Below, piece by piece: positions 24,820-38,838 of a stretch of DNA of 64,000 nucleotides (position 1 is the first letter of the stretch; each line of letters opens with the position of its first letter). The stretch is taken from assembly GCF_006345805.1 (NCBI RefSeq), contig NC_042998.1, positions 149,730,001 to 149,794,000 on the forward strand, read 5' to 3'. The notes below the pieces were generated by a model. That model saw nothing but the letters and a program-made list of their open reading frames with translations. It did no database searches and was not told the origin of the DNA. A program made the translations under genes and the position numbers. Source of the stretch: Octopus sinensis. Taxonomy: Eukaryota.

Positions 24820-26805
24820 GGGAAAGTTTACGAAAAAAACAAAAGACGAAGACAGGTGGTGTACAAAATAAACAGATGTATTAGTATAACGCTCAGGAAT
24901 AGAAAGTCTTTTACGTTTCGAGCCTACGCTCTTCTACAGAAAGGGACACAGAAAAAACAAGGAGAGAAACAAGGAAATAAAAAATATGTGTAGTGGCTAA
25001 CGATCTATCATGGCGACTAGTGCCGGACAGAGGAGTCAGACAGGAGAAGGGAAGTAGGGGAGGTAACAAGGTAAAGATGACCCCCAACACAGAGGAGCCC
25101 CCAACACAAAGGTGCGGGTGTGTATAAGAGAGTATGTATGTGCGTTTGAAAGAGGGCTGGTGGTCTGGACGTGTGTGTGTATGTATGTGTAGGTGTGGAG
25201 ATGTGGGGATGGGTGTGTGGGTGGTGTGTAATGTTGTATGGTGTAGTGTGGTGTAGTGTGGTGTGGTGTGATGTTGTAGGGAGGTGGGGGAGGTCAGAGT
25301 GGGGAAAGCACGGGTGGATGTGGGTTAGGGTAGAGTGGGGGTTGTGGGTAAGCAGAGGGTGGGGCTAGAGGTGGAGTTTATGGGGGAGGGGTGTGGGATA
25401 GGATGAGGGATTGGAAGAATAGGGAAGGTGGAGTAGGGGTGGTGGGTTTATGGGGGAGGGGAAGGTGGGTATGTGAGTAGAGAGAGGAGGAGAGAAGAGA
25501 GAAAGAGAGTAAGAGAGAAGAGGGAAAGAGAGTAGGGATGAAGAGAAGTAGGAGTGAAGGGAAGTAGGAGTTGTGGCAAGAGAGGTGAGTTGGGTGGGAA
25601 GAAGGAGGAGGGAGGGGTGGATGGGAAGAAAGAGGAAGGAGGGGAAAGAGTAAAGAAGGAGAGTGAGGGAGCAGAGAGAAAGAGAGAAGAGAGTAAGAGA
25701 GAAGAGGGAAGGAGAGTAGGGGTGAAAAGATATAGGAGTGAAGAGAAGTAGAAGTCGGGGAGGAGGTTAGATGAAAAGGGGAGGAAAGTTGAGCCCAAAT
25801 GGCGTAAAAGAGCGAAGAGAGAAGATTAATCTCTGTTCACGGCGCAAACGGAGTCCGGATGGCCAATAGATGATATTGCTGGAGGTGCAGCAGTCGATGA
25901 TGGGTGCCGGTGAGGAGGGTGGTGTTGGAGAGGTAAGGGCAAGTGCGGTAGCGTGGGCGGGAGCAGGGGAACGAGCCAGGTTTGGAGGTAGTGTTGGGGA
26001 AGAAGCTGTGGACTAAGAGGTCTCGTAGGTTGTGGACTCGTTTGAAGGAGGGGAGAGGTCGGTTAGGGAAGATAGGCGAAGTGGACGGGTCGGACTGGAG
26101 ATGCCGGAAAGCTCGGAGAATAGTGCGTTGGAGAGGTAGGGTGGTGGGGTGGTAGGTGAGGGGAAAAGGGAGGCGGGAGACTGCAGGGTGGGTTCGGGTG
26201 AAGAGAGCAGATGCACGGTCCACGGAACGTGCTCTGGCAAAGGCGGTGTGGATAGTGGTGAGGGGATATCCACGTAGGATGAAGTGGCAAGCCATGAGTT
26301 GAGACTGAGTCTCAAAGTCATGGTCGTCACTACAGAGCCTGCGTATACGGAGGAATTGGGAATAGGGGATGGAAAGCTTGGTGTGTTTGGGGTGGGAGGA
26401 GGAGAAGTTTAGGTATGAGTGTGAGTCTGTGTATTTTTAGTGGATGGAGGTGGTAAGAGTGGAGTGATGAATGCTGACCGAAATGTCAAGAAAGGAGACA
26501 GGTGTCAGAGATAGTGCAGGAGAAGTGAAGGGCAGGATGGAGAGATTTGACGAAAGAGAGGAAGGAGTCTAGATGTTTGCGGGAGAGTGAGGTGGCACCG
26601 ATACAGTCGTCAATATAACGGCCGTATAGTTCGGGAGTGGGACCAGTGAAACTAGAGAATATTTGGGCCTCAACATAGCCAACAAACAGGTTCGCATAGT
26701 TGGGGCCCATGCTCGTTCCCATGGCCACTCCCGAGAGTGTTGGTAGAACTCGCCCGCGAACGAGAAGCAGTTGTGAGAGAGGACAAGTTCGGCCAGATGA
26801 ACGAG
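24819..26805 (-). mobile_element. Penelope-like element, 5'-truncated, endonuclease internally deleted, with 3' UTR and pLTR
   Basis: LAELVLSHNCFSF, GVAMGTSMGPNYANLF, YGRYIDDCIG, SIPYSQFLRIRRLCS, LTYHP, CSRPRYRTC; polypurine UTR 25130-25800; pLTR 24819-25120. Confidence 0.9.
24908..24943 (-). ncRNA. Minimal hammerhead motif (family C, A6U variant)
   Basis: CUUU-CUGUAGA-A-GAGC GUAG GCUC-GAAA-CG-UA-AAAG. Confidence 0.55.
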
Positions 26806-26882
26806 TGTGGGTGTATGTAACTATGTATGTAAGTGTGTTTGTATGTATGAATTCGCGTGTGTGATATTGTATACATTATGCA

Positions 26883-26975
26883 CAATAGAAGAAAAGATAA
26901 AAATAATAAACAAGGATGCCGTTGGTGCGGCAAAAACTGAGCTGGGTGTGCCCAGTACTTCTACAACCTCTATAA
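26883..26975 (+). pseudogene. Possible pogo/Tigger (CENP-B-type HTH) transposase N-terminal fragment
   Basis: TIEEKIKII...ELGVPSTSTTSII resembles the psq/CENP-B HTH; very short. Confidence 0.35.
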
Positions 26976-27094
26976 TCGATCATCACTTCCTTCTATTCAT
27001 CATCATCATCATCCTGCCATTGTCACCACCGCCACCGCTACAATGCAACTAACGAATACCTCTACCAATACAAATTCAGCAACCACGAAAATGT

Positions 27095-27135
27095 GTGTTT
27101 ATATATAATTTACATACATACATACATACATATAT

Positions 27136-27168
<33 letters not shown>

Positions 27169-27427
27169 GCACTCACACACACATATATATATAATTTACG
27201 TATGTATATATGTATAAACGTATGTATAAGTATATGGATGTATGGTTGTACATGTGTGTATATAAGCATATAGGTATATATGTATATATGTGCATATATA
27301 TATATATATATCCATGCACACATACACACGCACACACACATACATATATATATATATAACTGTTATCCAAATATAGATAGATATATGTGTGCGTCTGTAT
27401 ATACATGCATATATGTCTCTGACGGAT

Positions 27428-27459
<32 letters not shown>

Positions 27460-27525
27460 ACTGTCTCACTGTCTCACTCCCCTCTTTCTTTCTGTCTTTC
27501 TCTCACTCTCTCTCTCTCACTCTCA

Positions 27526-27556
<31 letters not shown>

Positions 27557-28054
27557 CCTCTCCCTCTCTCTCTCCCTCTCTCAAATAAACACGCATACAC
27601 ACACACATCACATACACACGCATACACACACACACCACCGTGAACGGAACAAAGCTACAATTCTCTCTCTGTATATATTATTTTTAGCACTATAACTATA
27701 TACTTCAGTTTTTTTCTTCTATTATATATTTCTTACATTCATTTACCAGTTCTATATTAATATATTTTCTATAGGCCATCCTTGTTTCCTTTCCTTCGTT
27801 CTTTTTTATTCCTCCTCTTTTTTGCTGTGTTTTTTAAATACGTTCATATATTGTTTTTCGCGTTTTTATTTTTATCGTCACTTTTTTCTAAATCTATTAT
27901 TTTCTATCTTCACGTCTGCTTGCCATAACAAGAGAATGTATATCTAGATATGTTATGTATGTGCGTTTGTATGTGTGTATGTATGTTATGCATATAACTC
28001 CGTTTGTAATATGTGCGTTTTAATATATATATATATATTATATATATTATATAT

Positions 28055-28121
<67 letters not shown>

Positions 28122-28249
28122 TATATATAAGAAATTATAAATACATAAACGTGTATAAGTATGTACATATATATACATACATATGTATATTATTTATGTA
28201 TGTATATATAGATGCATATACATATGACTATATTCATACCAAAATAGGA

Positions 28250-28285
<36 letters not shown>

Positions 28286-28594
28286 ATATATATGTATGCA
28301 TGTATGTATGTGTGCATATATATACACAGATAGATAGATGCATACACATGCACATATATAGATACGCATAATCACACTCTTAAGCATGTATACTAAGATA
28401 ACTATTTTTCTTATCTCATTGTACGTATGTAAGCAAATACATTTATAAATATTTATATAGGTAAATAACACACACACGCACATATATATGAGCGTGCGTG
28501 TGAGTGAATATACGCATGTGTAATAATATATATATATATACATGTATGCATATTTACATATATGTATACATACATACATACATACATACATACA

Positions 28595-28625
<31 letters not shown>

Positions 28626-28774
28626 GATTTGTGTATAGTGAAAGAGAACGAGAAAGAGTGATAACGGATAGAAAATGACAGTCTAACCAATATAGGCACA
28701 CAGACATAGATAGATGCATACATTGCTAGATTGATAAATAGATAGATAGGTAGAGAGATACGCCATATTGTGCA

Positions 28775-28835
<61 letters not shown>

Positions 28836-28869
28836 TATCTGTGTGTGTGTGCGTATGTTGATATATATA

Positions 28870-28922
<53 letters not shown>

Positions 28923-29318
28923 ATACACCCACACGCACATGCACACTTGATATATTTATATATTTGTAGCTTAAATGATAGGTGTGTTATTTTTTATAGC
29001 AATGATTTAGTAGGTTTTAAATACTGCCATATACCAAGATAGAGGCTGAAGACGTGAAATATCGCGTGAGATAAAAATGGTTTATCTCACTTTTTTTCTT
29101 TTTGGCCTTCTTTTTGTATTTTTTAACATATTTTGTTCTTTTCTATTCTTTTCGTATATTTGTTCATCGCCTACTCTATGTGGCAAACTTTATTCCGTCG
29201 TTCACATAACACTCTACTTAATAGTTATCATTTATACAAAGACACACACACATACTCACACATTCACCCCACCCCCACATATTTTCGCACATACATGTAT
29301 GATTGTATGTATAAATAC

Positions 29319-29386
<68 letters not shown>

Positions 29387-29392
29387 CTATAT

Positions 29393-29426
<34 letters not shown>

Positions 29427-29456
29427 ATATATATATAATATATATAATATATATAC

Positions 29457-29545
<89 letters not shown>

Positions 29546-29561
29546 TATATTATATATATAT

Positions 29562-29595
<34 letters not shown>

Positions 29596-30122
29596 CTTAT
29601 GTATATAAATCTTGGTAAATATGTGGTGGGTACGGGTCTATGTGTATGTATATACTTATATATTTCTATATAATTTCATACCGCCATTATCATTCTTTCT
29701 CAAATCTTTTCCCTTTATCTTCCACAGTATGCTTTCCGTGCAGTCTTTTTCGGCTCCCCTCTCTCTCCCTGCCCCACACCATACAAACACACACACACAC
29801 ACACATACATTATACATATATATATATGTATGTGTGTGTGTGTACGTATATATATGTACATATATATATATATATATATTATATATATTATATACATATA
29901 CATATATACATATATACATATATACATATATATGTATGTACATATACCGTATATATATATAGATATAGATGCAGATACGTCACTATCTCCGTTTCCATTA
30001 TTTGTGTGACTTCAGTCCTTTTCCTTCTAATATGCTTATATTCTATGTTGCATTCCCTATTATTTTTATTCATACATACATATATACATATACGCACATA
30101 TCTATCTATATATGTATCTATT

Positions 30123-30204
<82 letters not shown>

Positions 30205-30340
30205 ATATTTATATTTATATATACATACACACATGCACACATTGACATACACTCTCTCTGTCTCTCTGTTTCTCTGTCTCTCTGTCTCTCTCCGTCACAC
30301 ATATATACACGTGTGTGTGTATATATGCCTGTATATAGCC
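27095..30340. repeat. Compound (TA)n/(TG)n/(CT)n/(TACA)n low-complexity block
   Basis: Direct reading. Confidence 0.9.
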
Positions 30341-30626
30341 ACTATACTTAAGCCGTTAGAAATAGTGAAGTTATGATAACTGTTACCGAGGAAATTGATT
30401 ATAAAAGAGGCTGTTTCGGATGTTGATGAAAACCCAGCACAGAATTGAAACCAATCAAGGTGATCCTTCTTTTATTGTTTACATAGATATCATATATACA
30501 TTCATCTTTGTATATCTATCTTTACACACATTTCACAATTACTCTTATTCTAATTATGGGAGGAATTCCTAAATTTCATTCCCATATACGTGTAAATTTT
30601 CTCATTGATAATGTTTTTTTATATAT

Positions 30627-31017
30627 AATGTTGCTGTTGGATGTGTATACCCTATTTATAAGGCAATGGCGGTGATAGTGGTGGTTGTGGTGATGGTGGA
30701 GGTAGTGATGATGATGATGGTGGTGGTGATGGAGGCAGCGATGGTGTTGTTGTTGTCGTTGTTGTTGTTGATGTTGGTGGCGGTGTGGTGATGATGGTAG
30801 TGGTGGTGATGGAGATGGCGGCGGCGGCGGCGGTGGTGGTGGTGGTGGTGGTACTGCTGGCACTGCGTTTATTAATGTGTTGTATTAAAGGATTTCTCCA
30901 GTGTTGTTAGCCGTGTCTACTCTGTGGATATCAGGTTCTATGTATATTATAAGATCAACAGCAATGTTTGCACTCCGATCACCTGTCGGAGTTTAATGAA
31001 GAATTTGAGAAAGAATA
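30627..31017 (+). repeat. Direct repeat copy 1 (~390 bp), probable PLE partial-tandem terminus
   Basis: aatgttgctgttggatgtgtataccc...gaatttgagaaagaata recurs at 33071-33447. Confidence 0.85.
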
Positions 31018-31058
31018 GATGTAATTGTTTTCCCAATTAAATTGCACTACATGTTTGA

Positions 31059-31139
31059 GGCTCTGATGAAGCTGTGAGATGATACTCAGGTACTCAACAA
31101 TTAGTTCATTGCATCTTAAAGGAGAAACAGCTGTAAGCT
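31059..31139 (+). ncRNA. Type-I hammerhead motif (family D) with long stem II
   Basis: GGCU-CUGAUGA-[54 nt incl. ugagaug/caucuua]-GAAA-CAGCUG-UA-AGCU; palindromic stem III. Confidence 0.6.
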
Positions 31140-31424
31140 AATAAAGTTCATGATAATCGTTTATTCCTTTTTCATGTCATTTTTGTATTACCACTCTATA
31201 CTTGACTAACGCTTTGTTTTGAAGCCTATGTATATTGAATTCTACAATAGGTTATAAGTATCGCAATGCCTAAGCAAAATATTAGAATATACACATATGT
31301 ATGTATAAACGTATTGTTTATGAAGATACTGAATATAGATATATATATAGGAAGCTCTTGAATATAAAAACATTGTATGTAAATATTTGTGTGTATATAT
31401 ACATACATACATACATATATATAT

Positions 31425-31612
31425 AGGGAGAGTTTACGAAAAAAGCAAAAGACGAATACAGGTGGTGTACAAAACAAACAGATGTATTAGTATAACGCTC
31501 AGGAATAGAAAAAGTCTTTTACGTTTCGAGCCTATGCTTTTCTACAGAAAGGGACGCAGGCGAGAAAAACAAGGAGAGAAAAAATGTGTGTAATGGCTAA
31601 CGATCTATCATA
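31425..31612 (-). mobile_element. Solo Penelope pLTR with degenerate family-C hammerhead
   Basis: Matches 24819-25010. Confidence 0.8.
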
Positions 31613-31744
31613 GCGTATATAAATATATATAGTTTTTTTATATAAAGATGTGTATATAGACAAAGTTGTTTATATATGTTTATGCGTTTATATATGTTTA
31701 TATATGTTTATATATGTTTATATATATGTTTATATATGTTTATG

Positions 31745-32560
31745 AGAATTGACGTCGCTCGTAGGGGAGAGCGTCGAAGGGAAAGTTAATGCTCAAGTAA
31801 CGCACAGCCTCGCGCACACACCCGACTTCGCAAGTTGAGATATTTGTGCTTTTGTGATCACGTGTATGCTGTAGTCTGCGATTTTGTCATGGACAGGAAC
31901 AAAGAGCCAAAATGAAATTTTGCCTTTAACTTCGGAAGTCTGTTACAAAGACATTGGTCAAGCTTTGGCAAGCTTACAGCGGTGAGGCAATGGGTTTTAC
32001 GCAATGTTTCAAGTGGCATGGGCACGTCAGAGGCGGAAGAGCTTCCCTGGAAAAGGATGAGCGATCTGGAAGACCAGCCATGTGCATCAAGAATTCGTCC
32101 CTCAGGACCAAACCATCAATCGAGAGTTCTACAGCGACGTTTAGAAGCGTTTGAGGGAGGACATTCGGCGAAAGACACCGGAAATGTGCAGCGCAAAGAA
32201 TTGGATTCTTCACCGTGCTGTCCTCACTCGTGAGTTTCTCGCCAAAACCAACATGGTGTCACTTTCGTATCTGCCCTATTCACCAGATTTAGGACCTGCG
32301 GGTTTCCATCTCTTCCCCAAGATGAAAATGCAGCTTAAAGGTCGCCGTCTTAACACCGTTGTCGAGATCCAGAACGAATCGCAAAAGGTCCTGGACTCGC
32401 TTACAGAAAACGACTCCCAGGCAGGATTCCAGAAGTGGCAGGAACGCTGGGACTGGTATATTGTTGCTCGAGTTGACTATTTCGAAGGAGATGATGTTAA
32501 AGCCTATGTAAATAAGTTTTTAACATAACTAGTCTGGGAACCTTTTGATACTACCTCGTA
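31745..32560 (+). mobile_element. Internally deleted mariner transposon
   Basis: QAYSGEAMG..QCFKW..RGGRASLEKDERSGRP; LPYSPDLGPAGFHLFPKMK; FQKWQERW..DYFEG; 3' TIR-like gtctgggaaccttttgatactacctcgTA. Confidence 0.85.
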
Positions 32561-33070
32561 TACACAGACACACAGACACACCATATACGCGCACGCCCTC
32601 AGACAAGTACAGCACATACACATATATGAGACCATTCTTTTGATCTTTTCTCCCCTGTTAGCTTTCCCCTGACCAAGCTAATTCTTTTTTTATGCTATGA
32701 ATTTGTAGCAGATCTCTTAAATATGCTCTGTCATTTAAATGGCGTACTGTGATTAATTTCTCTGCTGTTGCTGTCGAATAGATTTTGCTATTTATGGTTG
32801 GTAGGAAAGTGTTTGTGGTTAATGTTTAGCTGTGTTTTGTTGCATGTATAATTAATTTAGCTTATAAGTCACGTGGTTCTAATACCTATGTGTGTGGGGC
32901 AGTAAGCGATGTCCAAGACAGGTGTTATAATTAGCATGTTGACTTATGAAGGCATGCGGGTGGAGGTTAATTGGGATGTAAAGGAATCTAAGTTGTGAGA
33001 CAATTATATATTTTGGCATCAGAAAGTATTGTGCATGTTGAAGTGAGAAGGATGGTATTTTGAAGGACAA

Positions 33071-33447
33071 AATGTTGCTGTTGGATGTGTATACCCTATT
33101 TATAAGGCAATGGCGGTGATAGTGGTGGTGGTGGTGAAGGTGGAGGTAGTGATGATGATGATGGTGGTGGTGATGGAGGCAGCGATGGTGTTGCTGTTGT
33201 CGTTGTTGTTGTTGATGTTGGTGGCGGTGTGGTGATGATGGTAGTGGTGGTGATGGTGATGGCGGCGGCGGCGGCGGCGGCGGTGGTGGTGGTGGTACTG
33301 CTGCAATGCGTTGTATTAAAGGATTTCTCCAGTGTTGTTAGCCGTGTCTACTCTGTGGATATCAGGTTCTATGTATATTATAAGATCAACAGCAATGTTT
33401 GCACTCCGATCACCTTCGGAGTTTAATGAAGAATTTGAGAAAGAATA
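33071..33447 (+). repeat. Direct repeat copy 2
   Basis: Matches 30627-31017. Confidence 0.85.
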
Positions 33448-34207
33448 TATTGCGGTTGCAAATCAGTTTCCTTTATTGTCATGACGTCATCAATATCGTG
33501 TTTCACGATAAAAGTATTTCATTCCGTCCACCTGGACATCGACCATTGACCTTTTCTACCAATCTCTCCTGCTTAGTTCAAGCACATGCTACACCTCGGT
33601 GCTCGGTTATTGCAAGGGAGGTAATCTTTTTCCAAATCAAACATGGCCGGATTGAAAGTTGAAGACTGAGGAAGAAAGCGTAAAGAAGTATACATAGAAG
33701 ATGCATACATCATTTTTATTACTCATCACAACAATCTTAAAATTTCCTAGTGAGCTTTTTTCTCTATACTCTCGCAGTTCTTTTGCTGTTCCCATTGTCT
33801 CCATCGTCACCACAAGAAATAAATCTATACATTTATTACTTACACGACTTTGCTTTTTGGTCTTTTTAACGGTAGTATTGTCTTCTGTAATCTGGTTTCT
33901 TCGTCTTGCATCCTTGTGTGTTACAGCTGCAATATATTGGGCCAATATTTCAGTGTAATCTTATTTTCTGGCTTACAGCTATAAAAAACACTGTTGTATT
34001 TTCTGTTCATGAAGAAGAAAACCAGTTTATGGCGCTCAGTCTTGAGAGGCTTCTAGAAGATATCATTAGCGATTGTGAAGTCTCCATCTGCAGTGAAGTA
34101 CAATAATGAAGTACAACAGTGAAGTACTACATTGGTATACAATATTGTTTCCTTATTAAATGCAGTAAATATATCATTACAAGTTTATGTGTCATTATAC
34201 TGTTCAG

Positions 34208-34345
34208 TGAAGCTGCGTGGCCTAGTAATTAGGCCGTTAGGTCCACGATTACAAGATCGTGGGTTCTATTCTTGGACCGGACTCCACCTTGTGTTTTAGG
34301 GTAAAGTGTATCATTTCCCATTGCTACAATTTACCCAACTGAAAA
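34208..34345 (+). mobile_element. Degenerate tRNA-derived SINE
   Basis: gcgtggcctagtaattagg...atcgtgggttctattcttggaccgg (A/B-box-like). Confidence 0.55.
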
Positions 34346-34380
34346 TTAGTGCCAGTCAAGTGCATGCTGATATCTCTTTC

Positions 34381-34428
<48 letters not shown>

Positions 34429-35191
34429 CTCTATTTCATTCCCTTTCTCTCCTTCCGGATGTAAAATTCCTCACATTCTGCTGGGTCAAAAGTTGGATGA
34501 CTGGGGAGTTGTGTCTGATCGTGACTGCATCGACACCTAAAATAGAAGGGAGATTGTCAAAGAAGACATCCTTGTTAATTTGAAGCGACCGAGATTAAAT
34601 TTATAGTTGGCTTATATGCCTTAATGATGACGAGATTTTCAGATTAAAGAAACAAAGGTGTAGAGACTTTGTGGAATTAAGAGGTGAGCAATAAAAGTGA
34701 AACAATACTTATATCATTTTTTTCTTCACCGTCTTAAATGTACATACATACATACATACATACATACATACATACATACATACATACATACATACATACA
34801 TACATTCATACATACATACATATAAATATATGTATATATAACAAATGAGAGTTTCCTGTCTTAACACGGCTAATGTTCGGTGTGGAACATATAAAGATCA
34901 GACAATACTGGAGAAAAACATTGACGGAAAAACGTCGGGAAGAACAATAATGATGGAATTCTTGATAGAGAAGAAGCAAGGATTGTCGAGAAATACTTCA
35001 TTGATGCGCTTAGAAAATTGAGACAACAGTGAAGAGGGTTACGAGGTAAAAATAGCTGATAGAGAGCGACAACACTAGGAGGGTAGTTTCAATATTTGTG
35101 TGTCTATATTAGACATAGACGCACAAATAGATACACGCACACACAGAGACATATACAATATATCTATATCTCTCAATCTACATATACGTAT

Positions 35192-35255
<64 letters not shown>

Positions 35256-35323
35256 AATATATTTATATATACATATATAGAGAGATACATATATGTTTAT
35301 ATCTATCTATGTATCTATCTATG

Positions 35324-35430
<107 letters not shown>

Positions 35431-36157
35431 ATATGTATGTATACACACACACACACATAGTTATAGAGAGTCAACAAAGTTACGGAGGAGCAGAGAGAAG
35501 ACGATATATTCACTGATGTGGAATACAAGTTTCTATGTTTGGTTGTTTTGAAACCAGAGGGCTATGTTTAAATCAACCGAGAAATAAGAAACATTACAAA
35601 GATTCTCTCTTGAGGTTTCAACTGGTCTGGTTATCAAGTTGTGCAGCCATCAAAATTGTTTCACTACTAAACATGATCTACAATTTTCTCAGCCTCCAAA
35701 TATCATGGCGTGCTATAAGGTTAATAGACAGAATTCTGTCATCGGTGAGAGATTAATGTCACTAAGATGTCTGTCCAAATCTCTTCCAATCCGATGATTT
35801 AACTAGGTTTTCGATAATGAATTTTCTTAATAGCTACCTACGATCTACACACACATATATGTGTGTGTGCGCGCGCACGTGCGTGTGCGTGAGTGTGTGT
35901 GAGTGTGTGGCTGTGTAGGTGTGCATAATCACACGTACGAACGGATATAAGCATATATGTCTTTATATATATATATATATATATAACAAGTTGTGTGTGC
36001 GTGTGCGTGTGTGTGTGTGTGAATGCTGGTTTTTCCATTTGAAAAGAAACTATGTAACCAGTGAAAACGTTCGCGCTAATTCTTCTACATCAATGTTTCC
36101 GGGTATATAGGCCGATAGTAATTATTGCGTTAATAGTGTTGATGTTGTTTTTGTTGT

Positions 36158-36207
<50 letters not shown>

Positions 36208-37099
36208 ATGACCTGACGTTGACGGGGGCAATATAAAGTAGAAAACAGACACAGAACAGAATCTATCTGTAATGATTCCTAGCTGAGGATATATTTCTTC
36301 AGGTGTATAGCTTTGATCCCCACCTGAGACACAACCCTCATCTGTACTGTACATGTGACAGCAGACACACATTGATAAATGACTGAACTAAAACTATTAA
36401 ATGACAGACAGTCCACCGAAGGGTGCCCTTTTACAGTTGCTTACCCTGCAAGAAGTAGTAGTAAAATCTACCTCAAATTAATCCTAGCATCATATATATA
36501 CCAATCTGGAAAATAATGTTGGGTATAGTCATGGCTAGAACTCTTTTGACTGTGGAAAATCCCTGCCACGGCTGACCTAGAACTTAACAACAACAACCAG
36601 CTGAAATGGTTGTGTGGGGTAAAATGCTATTAGTAATGAGGTGTTTGTTCTTGAATGTGAAGCCAATTCAGGTTACCTGTGTTGAGAACAGGAAATGGTT
36701 AGAATAAATCAACGCCCAACAAGTTGATTCTCCAAAATATACGAGAGCCACGAAAGAAGACTTGATTGTTCCTGGCAATTGAAGTAACTTACTCGTTACT
36801 GTGATGCCATTGTGCTTCTAAGTTTTTACTTCTTGTCATTAAAGCGGTGATACTTTTATGGTACAACTTGTACAACAGGCCCTCTATGCAATCACTCAAA
36901 TTGCTAAAAATAGTTACTAATTTGTTTTTAAATCACAGCCGATTACCTGAGATTGTCTTGTTGACTAATATCATCCGACATTCTCCTAAAAATATGGTTG
37001 CAATCCATTTAATCAAAGTTTTACTGTTTCATGTCTCACCGGGTTTACACCGTAACAAAGGCTAATTCACTCACACAATAGTTAAGACAATGTTTCTTG

Positions 37100-37300
37100 T
37101 TTTAGTGGTGGTAAAATCTCGTACCCTATTAGAGTTCATCCACGATGGCAAGATGGTGGATTCTGATTCCAGACCGAGCAGTGCATTGTGTTCTTAAGCA
37201 GAACATTTCGCTTCACGTCGCTCCAGTTCATTCATCTGCAATTGAGGTCCAGCAAAACCAGAGAAGTTAACTCAGCGATAGACCGGCCTTCTGCTCATAG
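37100..37300 (+). mobile_element. Degenerate tRNA-derived SINE
   Basis: tagtggtggtaa...gatggtggattctgattccagaccgagcagtgcattgtgttcttaagca. Confidence 0.45.
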
Positions 37301-37399
37301 TGTAGAGTTGCAATCTCAGTCATTTATACGCTACAAAGACAGGGCTTTCCGACAGACCTCAGTCCTAAGTTTAGGTCCGTAGTGATGTGTAGATATTAC

Positions 37400-38100
37400 T
37401 ACAAAATTTCTTTGTTTAGAGCAGTAAATACGTTCGACATATTCTCAGACACTTTGTCACTTATCGGATGGAACTAGAAAATGTGTCCCATACACTAGCA
37501 ACTGTTGTAAGTAAACGCTGTGCTGATGCGGCAGGCTAATGAAGTTTTTGCTGTAGAAACAAACAGAATAAAACATTTTTCCTTGCTACCTGAAGTAGAA
37601 ATGGCACAACAAGTTTTTAGAAAAGAACATCTTTTTGTAGTTAAGAAACAAATTTGATTCTTAATTGACATCTTTGTTCCCAACAAGATGCTGTGATAAA
37701 GGCCTCTTCAGTCAGTAGTTTCTTATCACATCCCTCCAAAGTAGTGTATGTTGACGGAATTCTTTCTGTCACAGTCGCAATCAACTCTGGAATGATTCAA
37801 GCTATTATTTTGTCCTATATTCTCTTCTATATTTGTTGCCAGTTCCAACAACGATGATATGACCATCCTAAACTTTTCCCTCAGCGACCTAAGCACTACA
37901 CGCCAAACATGCACATATTTCATAAGCAGTTTGGTTGGATATTAAGGCAGTCTTCTTCATGCAACAGACCGATCAACCGTCAAGTGTTTCATTAGGTTTC
38001 GATATTATTTAGCATCTTGCTATAACTTATTATATTACCATTGTTCGTGCTCATACTCTGTAAACGGAGATAATGGCAAGACGTTCTACAAGAGTTATGA
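37400..38100 (-). pseudogene. Possible hAT (Charlie/SPIN-like) transposase remnant
   Basis: GLLHEEDC...MKYVHVWRVV resembles CxxHQE.LC...HVM.VV; heavily decayed. Confidence 0.25.
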
Positions 38101-38399
38101 CTCTTTACTGGTACCGACTTGCAAGGAGATTTCAATACTTGGTACTCACAGTCAGTGATGGTAAGGGGAGATGGTGTATAATGAATGAGTCCTTCTGAGC
38201 ATGCGTGTAAGGAACTATCTTATTATTGCCAACAGGTTTCAGGGCAGCAAATATTTCTAAGACTGCATATATATATATATATCCAATATTTAAGGACAAT
38301 CGTCAATGAGCTTACTATCCACGTAAGAGGAAGGTGAGATACCTGAGCTATAAGGGAAACAGAACATAGACGGGCTAAGTCAAAATTCAATCTCCAAAA

Positions 38400-38762
38400 T
38401 TTTTGGCTCCCGAATAAAAGACAAACATCCAAAGCCGTATTGGAATTCTTTCAGCGAAAAAGAGATAAAATCATCCGAACTTCAAAGAAAGGCCGGTCAC
38501 ATATCTAACACATCTATCCACGACACCGTTCACCTACCGCAAAACATAGTAGAAAGAACGAGTAAAGAACCTAGTATGTATAGGGCACTGATCAATTTGG
38601 ATCAGCTGAGCTTTCGGAAAAGTCAACTATCAGCAATTGGTCTTGAAAGTAGTTGGTTTCGAGCTTGTCTTCAGAAGGTGGATCGCTGTAATGTAGAGCG
38701 ACATTTGCTCGGTAGCCAGAATCAGTAGTCTTTTCAGTAACAAGTGTTTGTGAAGGGTACCA

Positions 38763-38838
<76 letters not shown>

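Noticed and set aside
29330-29600. Irregular aa/tt interruptions in (TA)n as a higher-order pattern
   Set aside because: Consistent with slippage or long-read indel errors
27095-30400. Many ORFs rich in YI/CV/HT
   Set aside because: Translations of dinucleotide microsatellites
33600-34110. Non-repetitive ORFs of ~85-100 aa
   Set aside because: No recognisable domain; probably decayed transposon sequence
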